This document shows positions 29,552 through 38,584 of a stretch of 64,000 nt of DNA, in pieces; the stretch's first letter is position 1; each line of letters begins with the position of its first letter. Source of the DNA: Rickettsiales bacterium (GTDB taxonomy: Bacteria > Pseudomonadota > Alphaproteobacteria > Rickettsiales > UBA3002); assembly GCA_044239745.1 (NCBI GenBank), contig JBIIAV010000001.1, positions 18,884 through 82,883 of the forward strand. The letters run 5' to 3'. Made by a program: the position numbers and the translations under genes. Under the pieces are notes generated by a model, which had not been told where the DNA came from, searched no databases, and was given only the letters and a program-made list of their open reading frames with translations.

Positions 29552-30806
29552 AGCGCAATGCCTCCGCAGGGTCGAGCCGCGCCGCGCGCCGCGCCGGATA
29601 GATCGTCGCCACCAGCGACAGCGCCAAAGCCAGCAGCACGATGACGGCGACCTCTTTTGGGTCGGTCTTGGTCGGTAAGGTCGAGAGGAAATAGATATTC
29701 TCAATCAGGATCTCTTGGCCAAGCGCGCGTTCCAACCATTGATGAATGGTCTCCAGATAGGTGGCAAGCACAAGCCCCAGCGCCACACCCGCCGTGGTGC
29801 CCACCACCCCGATCCACATGCCCGCCGCGATGAAAATGCGCATCACGCTGAGGCGGCTTGCGCCCATCGTGCGCAGCACGGCAATGTCTCGGCCTTTTTC
29901 CTTCACCAACATCACCAAGCTGGAAATGATGTTGAATGCCGCAACCAGAATGATGAGTCCAAGGATGATGACCATGACATTGCGCTGCACGGTAAGCGCG
30001 GCGAAAATGCTAGCGTTGGTCTGTTGCCAATCGTAGACCCGCGCTTGCGCGCCCAGCTGTTCGCGCAGCTGCGTGGCTATGCGCGGCGCATCGTTCACAT
30101 CCTTCATCATCACTTCAAGGTTGCTCACCGCATCATCATCCGCCGTGGCAAGTAGGAAATAATTCTGCGCTTCGGCAAAGGGCATCAGCACAAGGCCGGA
30201 GTCGAACTCATGCATGCCGAGTTTGACGGTGCCGACCACCGGATAGGACTTCATGCGCGGGATGAACCCTGCGATGGTGGCGCGGCCTTGCGGCGAGATC
30301 AGCGTGACGGAATCACCGATGGCGACGCGCAGGTTCTTGGCAAGGCGCTCGCCCAGCACCACGCCCACCTCGTCGCGAATACCGTCGAGCGAGCCGCTGG
30401 TCACGTGCGTGGTAATCAATGGTCGTTTTTCCAGCGCTGCCCACGGCGTTGCCATGGCCTGCGCGCCGATGGCGACCCCATGCGCGGTGACCATCACTTG
30501 CCCTGTCACTTTCGGCGTCACACTCGCGACCCCTTCCAGCCCCGAAATCGCATCGACGACAGGGCGATAGCCCGAGAAGGATTGCGCGTTGCTATACACG
30601 GTCACGTGGCCGTCGAGCCCGATGAAGCGCGAGGTCATTTCTTCGCGGATGCCGTTCATCAGCGAGGTCACGAGGATGAGCGTCGCCACGCCAAGGGCGA
30701 TGCCGATGATGGCGAACCACGTGGTGATGGAAATGAAACCCTCCGCCCGCCGCGCCCTTAGGTAGCGCCATGCCAGCATACGCTCGACTGCGGAGAACAG
30801 GACCAT
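29544..30806 (-). CDS. lolC: Lipoprotein-releasing ABC transporter permease LolC/LolE
   Basis: 420 aa with the MacB/FtsX-type topology: N-terminal TM, large periplasmic domain and C-terminal FtsX helices. It sits between proS and lolD, with a TGATG junction to proS. Confidence 0.88.
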   Translation of the reverse strand: MVLFSAVERMLAWRYLRARRAEGFISITTWFAIIGIALGVATLILVTSLMNGIREEMTSRFIGLDGHVTVYSNAQSFSGYRPVVDAISGLEGVASVTPKVTGQVMVTAHGVAIGAQAMATPWAALEKRPLITTHVTSGSLDGIRDEVGVVLGERLAKNLRVAIGDSVTLISPQGRATIAGFIPRMKSYPVVGTVKLGMHEFDSGLVLMPFAEAQNYFLLATADDDAVSNLEVMMKDVNDAPRIATQLREQLGAQARVYDWQQTNASIFAALTVQRNVMVIILGLIILVAAFNIISSLVMLVKEKGRDIAVLRTMGASRLSVMRIFIAAGMWIGVVGTTAGVALGLVLATYLETIHQWLERALGQEILIENIYFLSTLPTKTDPKEVAVIVLLALALSLVATIYPARRAARLDPAEALRYE

Positions 30807-32119
30807 CAGGCCGCCAATGCCTTGGCACGATGTGCCACCACTTTTTCAAGCGCGGCTTCCAGTGGCATTTCCGATTTTTCGCCGGTGCGGCGGTATTTCA
30901 TTTCGATCGTGCCGGCGGCGGCACCTTTGGGCCCCACCGTCAATTGCCATGGCAGGCCGATCAGATCCATCGTCGCGAATTTCTCGCCGCCGCGTTTGTC
31001 CGTATCGTCGTACAGCGGGTTCAGACCCTTGGATTTCAAAGCACCATAAAGCTGTTCGCACAAGGCATCGCAGGCCGCATCGCCGCTGCGCAGGTTGATG
31101 ATGCCGACATCGAACGGCGCGACCGATTCCGGCCAGATGATGCCGTGCTGGTCGTGACTGGCCTCGATGATCGCTGCGACAAGCCGCGAAACGCCGATGC
31201 CGTAGCAGCCCATGTGCGGGGTCAGCGCCGCACCATCGGAACCGCTGACGGTGACGCCCATGGCTTGGGTGTATTTTTGCCCGAGATAGAACACATGCCC
31301 CACCTCGATGCCGCGCGCTGTGCGCAAGCGTTCCGGCGGCACGGGGCAGCTTTCCGGTTTGTGCTGCTCGTCCGCGGCGGCATAAAGCGCGCGCATCTGT
31401 TCGCCGGTCAGCGTCAGCTTTCCTTCGCGGATATCGTCGAACGCCGCGTCGTAATAGATCGCGCTTTCGCCCGTTTCGGCGATGACTTGGAACTCGTGGC
31501 TGAGGTTGCCGCCGATGGCGCCGCTATCAGCACTGACAGCCAGCGTCAGAAGCCCAAGCCGCTTGAAGATGCGGTGATAGGTATCGTACATATTGGCGTA
31601 TTCACGCTTGGCGTCCTCGATATCGTTATGGAAGGAATAAGCGTCCTTCATCAGGAATTCGCGGCCACGCATGACGCCAAAACGCGGGCGCACTTCGTCG
31701 CGGAATTTCCATTGAATTTGGTAAAGGTTCAGCGGCAGCTGCTTGTAGCTTTTGACGAAGCTGCGGAAGTTACTGACGATCATTTCCTCGTTGGTCGGGC
31801 TGTAAAGTAGTTCGCGTTCCGCACGGTCGTTGAAGCGGAGCATTTCCTTGCCCAGCGCATCGTAGCGGCCGGACTCCTTCCACAAGTCGGTCGGCTGCAA
31901 GGTCGGCATCAGCAGTTGCACGCAACCGGCCTTGTCCAGCTCCTCGGCCACGATGCGTTCGATATTGCGCAGCACCGCCAACCCCAGCGGCAGCCATGTG
32001 TAAATGCCCGCCGCTTCTTGGCGGACCATGCCGGCGCGCAGCATCGTGCGGTGCGAGACGATCTGCGCTTCCTTCGGGTCTTCTTTCAATAGGGGAAGAA
32101 AATACTGACTGACGCGCAT
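30806..32119 (-). CDS. proS: Proline--tRNA ligase (short, alphaproteobacterial/eukaryote-like type)
   Basis: The start is at ATG 32119 ([30 protein letters not shown]). It carries class II motifs ([27 protein letters not shown]) and is about 437 aa. Confidence 0.93.
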   Translation of the reverse strand: MRVSQYFLPLLKEDPKEAQIVSHRTMLRAGMVRQEAAGIYTWLPLGLAVLRNIERIVAEELDKAGCVQLLMPTLQPTDLWKESGRYDALGKEMLRFNDRAERELLYSPTNEEMIVSNFRSFVKSYKQLPLNLYQIQWKFRDEVRPRFGVMRGREFLMKDAYSFHNDIEDAKREYANMYDTYHRIFKRLGLLTLAVSADSGAIGGNLSHEFQVIAETGESAIYYDAAFDDIREGKLTLTGEQMRALYAAADEQHKPESCPVPPERLRTARGIEVGHVFYLGQKYTQAMGVTVSGSDGAALTPHMGCYGIGVSRLVAAIIEASHDQHGIIWPESVAPFDVGIINLRSGDAACDALCEQLYGALKSKGLNPLYDDTDKRGGEKFATMDLIGLPWQLTVGPKGAAAGTIEMKYRRTGEKSEMPLEAALEKVVAHRAKALAA

Positions 32120-32206
32120 GTGAGGCTCCGGCGAATGATGGAGATGCACTATGGCGCGCGCACCATAAAATGCAATGCTTTGCGCCAGCTTATCGACAGA
32201 TAAAGC

Positions 32207-32674
32207 TTACGGCAACCACGGCAGTTTCGCGGAGGTTTTTTGCACCCGCTTGGCAGGCGTCACGGCGTGGCGCCCTGCTTGCCAGCTCGATCCAGAATTC
32301 CAGCCCTTTGCCTGCATGCACGGCTCGATGATACGCATGCGCAGGCGGTCGACCTCGGCGTTCTTCCTGAAATCCGGCTCGACGCGAATGGTCTGGCCGC
32401 CGTAATAGCGGCCACCGAAACCGGTGCCGAAGGTGGTGTGGGCATAGCCGCCGTAATCGTAAAGCGTCGGCGGGTAGACAGTGTCCGCCTCCAATTCGCA
32501 TGCGCTGCGGCTGGCGCCGAATGCGGCTTGTTGATCGGCATAATAGGCAAGGCATTTATCGTATTCCGCCGTCGCCTCGACCCCGAACGAACGGCAATAC
32601 TGTACATTCGCCGGCGTGCAGCCCATGACAAGCAGCAGCGACACTAACGTCAGGCTGGCCAAACCATGTTTCAT
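32207..32674 (-). CDS. Hypothetical Cys/Gly/Tyr-rich lipoprotein
   Basis: The start is taken at the ATG of MKHGLASLTLVSLLLVMGC (lipobox LVMGC), overlapping the stop of the upstream DUF1467 gene (ATGA). The mature part has five further Cys and GGY/GFGG repeats. I recognise no family. Confidence 0.55.
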   Translation of the reverse strand: MKHGLASLTLVSLLLVMGCTPANVQYCRSFGVEATAEYDKCLAYYADQQAAFGASRSACELEADTVYPPTLYDYGGYAHTTFGTGFGGRYYGGQTIRVEPDFRKNAEVDRLRMRIIEPCMQAKGWNSGSSWQAGRHAVTPAKRVQKTSAKLPWLP

Positions 32675-33240
32675 TTCGCCTCCGTTTTGGGGGCGCAATC
32701 GGCGCCATAAGTCGCTTGATTTTTAATTGGCCATCCATTCAGCGATGTGCTTCCGTCCATCCCCACGCGAAGCTTGCCGATACTGGCATTGCTCTCGCTC
32801 AGGTCGACATTGAACTTATCCGTATTGATGTAATTCTTGGTGGGGATATCGAGGGGTATGTCGACATGGTCGATCGCGTCGAAAGCGGAGCCCCCATCAA
32901 GATTCGCGGGCGCCACTTTTTTATCGCCGGTGCCGTAACCATCGCGCGTGCTGACGGTGTCATCCGCGCGGTGCAATGCGAGGGGCTCGCAGCCGCCGCC
33001 GACGTGATAGATACCCTCCTCGGCGCGGGCACTGTTTGAAACCAAATAAATGAGCAGCGTGGGCAAAAAGGCCAGCAGCGTGGTGAGCAGGAATTTGCGC
33101 TTCAGCCGCGGGTTTTGGGGCGCGGATGGCGCATGGCCGGCCATCGGGCTGGGCGATGGGTCGGCACGGTGGGGCAGCACCATGAAAAGCACCAGCCACC
33201 AGCACACGGCATAGGCAACAATGAATTGGGCGATCGTCAT
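32671..33240 (-). CDS. DUF1467-like membrane protein with an extra C-terminal periplasmic domain
   Basis: The N-terminus MTIAQFIVAYAVCWWLVLFMVLPH, followed by a second TM, matches the small alphaproteobacterial DUF1467 proteins. It continues for about 110 further residues, 189 aa in total. Confidence 0.6.
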   Translation of the reverse strand: MTIAQFIVAYAVCWWLVLFMVLPHRADPSPSPMAGHAPSAPQNPRLKRKFLLTTLLAFLPTLLIYLVSNSARAEEGIYHVGGGCEPLALHRADDTVSTRDGYGTGDKKVAPANLDGGSAFDAIDHVDIPLDIPTKNYINTDKFNVDLSESNASIGKLRVGMDGSTSLNGWPIKNQATYGADCAPKTEAK

Positions 33241-33344
33241 GCCACCTTTCTAGCATGTTTTAGGCCAAATGTAACAAAAGCTTCACAAACGCCCATGGCG
33301 ATTATGCTAAAATGTGAGGGTAAAAACAGGGGTAGACCCACATT

Positions 33345-34301
33345 ATGAGCAGTATTGAAACCACCGAGCTGAAGCTCAAGACCACACCCACCGGCGGGGT
33401 CGAGGCTTCGCACAGCCCCTACTACCGCCGTCTTCTTTCGGCCGGTTACAAGGGGTTCTTGCAAGGCACCATCGGTGGCGCTTCGCTTTACGGCACGTTC
33501 GGGCTTGTCATCGGCGGCTTGGTCGCTGCCCCCATCATCGCGTTCACGCCTGTCGGCTGGGCAGCGTTGGCCGTGGTGCCTGCCATGGCGGGGCTCGGCG
33601 TCGTCAAAGGCGCTTCCACCTTCGGCCAGATCGGCTCGGTTGCTGCCATCACCGCCGAATCATCCGACCTTTCCGAGCAGCGTCGCTACCTGCTCGACCG
33701 CTATTATGACCTGCCCGAAGGCCCGGAAGGCGACCGCGAGGCGGCAGCCATCCAACAAGAACTCATCAAGCGCGGCAGCGACGCACAAAAACAACCTCCG
33801 CATTTCTTCCACTGGAAATCGGTAGCGGTATGTGCGCTGCTTGGTGCGGGTCTTGCGCTTGCATTCCTCTCGCCGCTGGGTCTTGGCCTCATGGCCGGCG
33901 AAGCCGCCATCCAAGCAACGGCACTGAAACTCGGCATCAGCACCTTGGTATCGCAAGGCGCATTGACCGCCGGTGGTATGGCGCTGGGTGCGCTGGCAGG
34001 CGGCCTGACGGGCGCCACCATCGGTATCGACCGTTATTACATTCGCAAATGGTTCGACCACACGCAAGATATAGTCCATTCCAGCAGCCACAAGGAATCG
34101 GCGCTGATCGAGCGCGCGCAACAGGTCGAGCGCCTGAAGGCAGCATCGAAGGTCGATGAAAAAACCAAATCACAAATGTTCGCGTCGCCACTTGGCTTCA
34201 CCGGTGCGGAGGGCGCCGAGAAACCAACGCACCACATCAGCCAAGCCCGACGCGAGGGGCTTGCTGCGATTCAAAAAGCGATGGAAGCGCCCACGGTTTA
34301 A
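33345..34301 (+). CDS. Hypothetical Gly/Ala-rich membrane protein
   Basis: 318-aa ORF with two clusters of Gly/Ala-rich helices separated by a charged segment (DRYYDLPEGPEGDREAAAIQQELIKRG) and a charged C-terminal tail. I recognise no family. Its stop is 1 nt from the corC stop. Confidence 0.55.
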   Translation: MSSIETTELKLKTTPTGGVEASHSPYYRRLLSAGYKGFLQGTIGGASLYGTFGLVIGGLVAAPIIAFTPVGWAALAVVPAMAGLGVVKGASTFGQIGSVAAITAESSDLSEQRRYLLDRYYDLPEGPEGDREAAAIQQELIKRGSDAQKQPPHFFHWKSVAVCALLGAGLALAFLSPLGLGLMAGEAAIQATALKLGISTLVSQGALTAGGMALGALAGGLTGATIGIDRYYIRKWFDHTQDIVHSSSHKESALIERAQQVERLKAASKVDEKTKSQMFASPLGFTGAEGAEKPTHHISQARREGLAAIQKAMEAPTV

Positions 34302-34302
34302 T

Positions 34303-35199
34303 TCACGCGCTGCGCGTGAGGCGCACTAGGCGAATGCGCCGCGGGTCGGCGGCCAGAATTTCCGCCTTCAGGTTTCCCTTCAGTTTCATCACTTCGCCGC
34401 GTACGGGTACGCGACCGAGATTACTGAAGATCAATCCGCCCAGCGTGTCGATATCCTCGGCGATCGCGTCGTCGCACAGCGATTCGCCAAGCGCCTTCTC
34501 CAATTGCTCGATGGTGGTGCGGGCGTCCGTTTCCACCACATGGTCGCCGAGCCAACGCATCATGGCTTCGGCCTCATGGCCGTCATGTTCGTCCTGAATC
34601 TCGCCGACGAGTTCCTCGAATAAATCTTCCATCGTCACCATGCCGTCGGTGCCGCCGAACTCATCAACGACGATGGCGATATGGCAGCCGGAGACGCGCA
34701 TCTTCATCAGCAGATCCACGATGCGCATGCTGGGCGGAATGAAAAGGATCTCGCGCAGGACACGGCGGATATCGAATGTCTCGCCTGCTGTCAGGTGCGG
34801 AAAGAGATCCTTCACGTGGATGAAGCCCTCGATCGCGTCGAGCGATTCGTCGTACACCGGAATGCGCGTGTGGCCGATGGTGATGACGTGCTGTTTCAAT
34901 TCCTCTAGCTTCACGCCACGCTCCACCGCCATGATATCGCTGCGGGGCACCATGATGTCGCGCACCGTCAGCTCGCCGAAATGGATCATGTTCTTGAGGA
35001 TGGATTTTTCTTCGGCGCTGATGTTATTGCCACCGTTCTCATCATCAAGGGCTTCCTCGATCATGTCCTTAAGGGTGCCTTCGCCGCGCAGGCCCGCCTT
35101 CTCGCGGAACCAACGCACCGCAAGGCCGATGCGCGATGTGGATTCGTAGGCGGAGTTGGGTTTACTATCGCCCTCGGGGGCTGAAGCTGGCTGATTCAT
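34303..35199 (-). CDS. corC: CBS-pair / CorC_HlyC domain protein (CorC/TlyC family)
   Basis: 298 aa with a CBS pair (VRDIMVPRSDI...) followed by the transporter-associated domain (DEFGGTDGMVTMEDLFEELVGEIQDEHD). Last gene of the conserved miaB-phoH-ybeY-corC run. Confidence 0.88.
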   Translation of the reverse strand: MNQPASAPEGDSKPNSAYESTSRIGLAVRWFREKAGLRGEGTLKDMIEEALDDENGGNNISAEEKSILKNMIHFGELTVRDIMVPRSDIMAVERGVKLEELKQHVITIGHTRIPVYDESLDAIEGFIHVKDLFPHLTAGETFDIRRVLREILFIPPSMRIVDLLMKMRVSGCHIAIVVDEFGGTDGMVTMEDLFEELVGEIQDEHDGHEAEAMMRWLGDHVVETDARTTIEQLEKALGESLCDDAIAEDIDTLGGLIFSNLGRVPVRGEVMKLKGNLKAEILAADPRRIRLVRLTRSA

Positions 35200-35208
35200 A
35201 CCGTTGAT

Positions 35209-35661
35209 TTAAGCAGATTCGTAGGGATTCGCAATACCCATCCGCGCGAGGATTGAAATTTCACGCGATTCCATGGCTTTTGCGTCACGCTCGCGCTCAT
35301 GATCGAAGCCCAGCAGGTGCAAAACGCCATGAATAGTAAGATGCGTCAGATGGTGTTTCAGCGGCTTTCCCTGCTCCTTGGCTTCGCGGGCAATGGTGTC
35401 ATAGGCCAGCACCACATCACCAAGTTGGCGCACCCCCTCCTCCACCGCATCGTCGGGGAAGCTCAGCACATTCGTCGGCTTAGGTTTGTTGCGATACGTG
35501 CCGTTGAGCTTCGCGATGGCCTTATCGTCCGTCAGCACCACCGCCACGGCACCAAGCCGGATGCGCTGCTGCGCAAGCGCCGCTTCCACCGCGCGCTTCA
35601 CGGTCGGGGCCAGCCCCTCCCAGCGCGCATCGTGGCGGTGCAGCGTGATCTCGATCATCAC
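35209..35661 (-). CDS. ybeY: rRNA maturation endoribonuclease YbeY
   Basis: About 150 aa with the zinc motif HLTIHGVLHLLGFDH. The start is GTG 35661 or ATG 35658, both overlapping the phoH stop. Confidence 0.93.
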   Translation of the reverse strand: MMIEITLHRHDARWEGLAPTVKRAVEAALAQQRIRLGAVAVVLTDDKAIAKLNGTYRNKPKPTNVLSFPDDAVEEGVRQLGDVVLAYDTIAREAKEQGKPLKHHLTHLTIHGVLHLLGFDHERERDAKAMESREISILARMGIANPYESA

Positions 35662-36698
35662 TCGGTCTGCGCGTCACGCTCTTCGGCGTATTGCTTTTTC
35701 TTGGCGTCCCAATCGTCGTAGGCCTTGATGATCTTGGCCGCCAGCGGGTGACGTACCACGTCGCCATCACTGAAGCGCACCACCTCGATGCCAGGAATGG
35801 TCTCGACCTTGGGGATGCAATCGGTCAGGCCGGATTTGATGTCCTTAGGCAAATCGATCTGCGATTGGTCGCCGGTGATGATCATGCGCGAGCGTTCGCC
35901 CATGCGAGTGAGGAACATCTTCATTTGGGTGCGAGTGGTATTCTGTGCCTCATCGAGGATCACGAAGGCATTGCTGAACGTGCGGCCGCGCATAAAGGCC
36001 AGCGGTGCCAGTTCGATCTCGCCCGATTCGATGCATTCCTGCACACGATCGGCCGGCATCATATCGAACAGCGCATCGTAAAGCGGACGCATATAGGGGT
36101 CGAGCTTGTCTTTCATATCGCCGGGCAGGAACCCAAGCTTCTCGCCCGCTTCCACCGCCGGGCGGCTGAGGATGATGCGTTCCACCTTCTTGTTGAGGAA
36201 CATATAGACCGCCATCGCCACCGCGATGTAGGTCTTACCGGTACCCGCGGGCCCGAGCGCGAACACCAGCTCGTTATCATACAGCGCGCGGATATAATTC
36301 GCCTGCACATGGCTGTAGGGCGTGATGGTCTTGCGCATGGTGCGAATGTAAACATCCGTATCGGTGGTCTCAAGGCCGTGACGATTCTTGGGCTTTTTAT
36401 CGTTCACTGGCGGCATCATGCGAATGGCGGCATCGAAATCCGTATCGGTGATCTCGACACCGTTCTTGATCTGCTCGTACAGCGATTGCAGCAATATCTC
36501 CGTCGCGTCGATATCGCGCTTCAATCCAGTGATGGAGAGCATGTTACCGCGCGCCACCAGCTCCACGTTCAAGGCTTGCTCCAGCCGCTGAAGATGCGAA
36601 TCGCGCTCGCCGTACAGCAGCGGCAAATGCTGGTTATGCTCGAAGAATACGTTGATGGTCTGTGTTTCGCGGACGGCTTTCTTATCGGGCTTACTCAT
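35658..36698 (-). CDS. phoH: PhoH-like ATPase (YbeZ)
   Basis: P-loop GPAGTGKTY and ILDEAQN motifs. I take ATG 36698 (MSKPDKK) with a GGGAG RBS; track start 36704 is GTG. Confidence 0.92.
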   Translation of the reverse strand: MSKPDKKAVRETQTINVFFEHNQHLPLLYGERDSHLQRLEQALNVELVARGNMLSITGLKRDIDATEILLQSLYEQIKNGVEITDTDFDAAIRMMPPVNDKKPKNRHGLETTDTDVYIRTMRKTITPYSHVQANYIRALYDNELVFALGPAGTGKTYIAVAMAVYMFLNKKVERIILSRPAVEAGEKLGFLPGDMKDKLDPYMRPLYDALFDMMPADRVQECIESGEIELAPLAFMRGRTFSNAFVILDEAQNTTRTQMKMFLTRMGERSRMIITGDQSQIDLPKDIKSGLTDCIPKVETIPGIEVVRFSDGDVVRHPLAAKIIKAYDDWDAKKKQYAEERDAQTE

Positions 36699-36753
36699 GC
36701 ACACTCCCAGTCATGGTCGCAGGTTGGCTTCGACGCTATCGGGGGTGCGAACG

Positions 36754-38109
36754 CTAGCTTGCAAACGCCTGTTTGTGGCCAACTATCTCACCCTTCAGGC
36801 TCAATTCGTAGGCTTCGGCAATGGCCACGTCAACCATCTGGCCAATCGTGTGCACAGCATTCTCCAGCACCACCGATTGCATCCACGGTGTCTTGCCGAT
36901 GGCTTGGCCAGCCTTCTTTCCCAGCCGATCCATCAGCACCGGCTGCACCGTGTGCAGCTTGCTTTGATTGAAGCGCAACTGCTGCGCGCTGATGGTCTTC
37001 ATCAGGCGGTGCATGCGTTCTTCCTTCACCGCTTCTTCCACTTGCGCGGGCTTATCGGCAGCGGGTGTACCGGGGCGTGGGCTGTATTTGAACGTGTAGG
37101 ACGCGGCATAGCCGACCGTTTCCACCAGCTTTAAGGTGTCCTCGAAATCGGCGTCGGTTTCATCCGGAAAGCCGACGATGAAATCCGACGAGAACGCCAT
37201 GTCCGGCCGTGCGGCGCGCAATTGCTCGACAATGGCGATATAATCCGCGGCCGTATGTTTGCGGTTCATCGCCTTCAAGATACGGTCGGAGCCGGATTGG
37301 ATCGGCAAATGCAGCATCGGCATCAATGCTGGTATTTCGCCGTGCGCGCGGATCAACGCAGGGCTCATATCCCGCGGGTGCGAGGTGGTGTAACGGATGC
37401 GTTTCACCCCGTCCAACATCGCGATGCGTTCGATCAGCGATGCAAGATCGGCCACGCCGCCTTGTTCCGTGGCGCCGTGATAGGCGTTCACGTTCTGGCC
37501 AAGCAACGTGATTTCCGTGGCGCCTTGCGCCAGATGCGCCCGCACCTCGCGCAGGATGGCCGCGACCGGCCGCGAGAATTCCGCCCCGCGCGTATAAGGC
37601 ACCACACAGAAAGTGCAGAATTTATCGCAGCCCTCTTGGATGGAAACGAAGGCCGAGACGCCCTGCGGCTGCAATGTTTCCGGCAGGAGATCGAACTTTT
37701 GTTCCTCGACGAATTCAAGATTGACCACGCTTTGTTTAGTACGCTCGGTCTGCTCGATCAGCGCTGGTAAGGTGTGATAGCTTTGCGGCCCCACCACCAT
37801 ATCGACATACGGCGCGCGGGCGATGATCTCCTCGCCTTCGGCTTGCGCCACGCATCCCGCCACCGCAATGAGCATGCGTTTGCCGCGTTCGGCCTGCGCC
37901 AGCTTCTCCAGTCGCGCACGGCCAAGGTCGGAATACATTTTCTCCGCCGCTTTCTCGCGGATATGGCAGGTGTTCAAGATGACCAGATCGGCATCATCGG
38001 GGGTTTCCGTCACCGCGTAATCCAGCGGCGCCAACACGTCGGCCATGCGTGTCGTATCGTAGACATTCATCTGGCAGCCATAGGTCTTGATGTAGAGTTT
38101 TTTGCTCAT
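36754..38109 (-). CDS. miaB: tRNA-2-methylthio-N6-dimethylallyladenosine synthase MiaB
   Basis: The start is at ATG 38109 (MSKKLYIKTYGCQMNVYD). It has the radical-SAM CxxxCxxC motif (CDKFCTFCVVP) and a C-terminal TRAM domain. Confidence 0.94.
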   Translation of the reverse strand: MSKKLYIKTYGCQMNVYDTTRMADVLAPLDYAVTETPDDADLVILNTCHIREKAAEKMYSDLGRARLEKLAQAERGKRMLIAVAGCVAQAEGEEIIARAPYVDMVVGPQSYHTLPALIEQTERTKQSVVNLEFVEEQKFDLLPETLQPQGVSAFVSIQEGCDKFCTFCVVPYTRGAEFSRPVAAILREVRAHLAQGATEITLLGQNVNAYHGATEQGGVADLASLIERIAMLDGVKRIRYTTSHPRDMSPALIRAHGEIPALMPMLHLPIQSGSDRILKAMNRKHTAADYIAIVEQLRAARPDMAFSSDFIVGFPDETDADFEDTLKLVETVGYAASYTFKYSPRPGTPAADKPAQVEEAVKEERMHRLMKTISAQQLRFNQSKLHTVQPVLMDRLGKKAGQAIGKTPWMQSVVLENAVHTIGQMVDVAIAEAYELSLKGEIVGHKQAFAS

Positions 38110-38123
38110 GATTTTTAAATCTG

Positions 38124-38140
38124 GGGGGCGTCTCGCCCCC
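38124..38140 (-). other. GC-rich hairpin (7-bp stem GGGGGCG/CGCCCCC, 3-nt loop) 14 nt upstream of the miaB start
   Basis: Read directly from ctGGGGGGCGtctCGCCCCCgct. On the minus-strand RNA it is followed by AGAUUUAAAAAUCAUG. It is either a weak terminator for the upstream dehydratase gene or a 5'-UTR structure of miaB, which has no obvious SD. Confidence 0.3.
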
Positions 38141-38208
38141 GCTACCGCTCCCCCTCGTTCGGCTTTCGGCCTCCGGCTCGCGCGGGCCATCCGCGCTACG
38201 CAAGTCTA

Positions 38209-38538
38209 CTAGTCGTTCCGCCCGATAGCGTCAATCTTTGCGGCGAGGATGAAATCGTTGCGCGACAGACCGCCGACGCTATGGGTCGCCACGATAAGCT
38301 CGACATACCCCCAGCCGAAATGCACGTCGGGGTGGTGGTCTTGCGCCTCGGCAATGACACCGACGGCATTCACGAACGCCAGTGCTTGCGCAAAATTCTT
38401 GAATTCCCAGCGTTTCTCGATGCGATCGGGGTAGAACACCCAATTATCCAGCTCCCCGAGCAGCACGATCGCCTGTTCGGAAGTCAGTTTCCCCTCGCCT
38501 TTTTTACAAGGGATGCAGGATTCGTTGCTAAGGCTCAT
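38209..38538 (-). CDS. phhB: 4a-hydroxytetrahydrobiopterin (pterin-4a-carbinolamine) dehydratase
   Basis: The start is at ATG 38538 (MSLSNESCIPCKKGEGKLT) with an AAGGA RBS. The PCD/DCoH core reads FKNFAQALAFVNAVGVIAEAQDHHPD; 109 aa. The track extension to 38676 is unsupported. Confidence 0.85.
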   Translation of the reverse strand: MSLSNESCIPCKKGEGKLTSEQAIVLLGELDNWVFYPDRIEKRWEFKNFAQALAFVNAVGVIAEAQDHHPDVHFGWGYVELIVATHSVGGLSRNDFILAAKIDAIGRND

Positions 38539-38584
38539 GGGAGATTCCTTTACTTCGTGAGGACACAAGGCTAGCAGATTTCTT

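Noticed and set aside
32151-32168. Imperfect inverted repeat TATGGCGCGCGCACCATA between the lipoprotein gene and proS, considered as a terminator
   Set aside because: There is no U-tract on the relevant (minus) strand. The element also lies in what is probably the proS 5' region, which is too weak to call.
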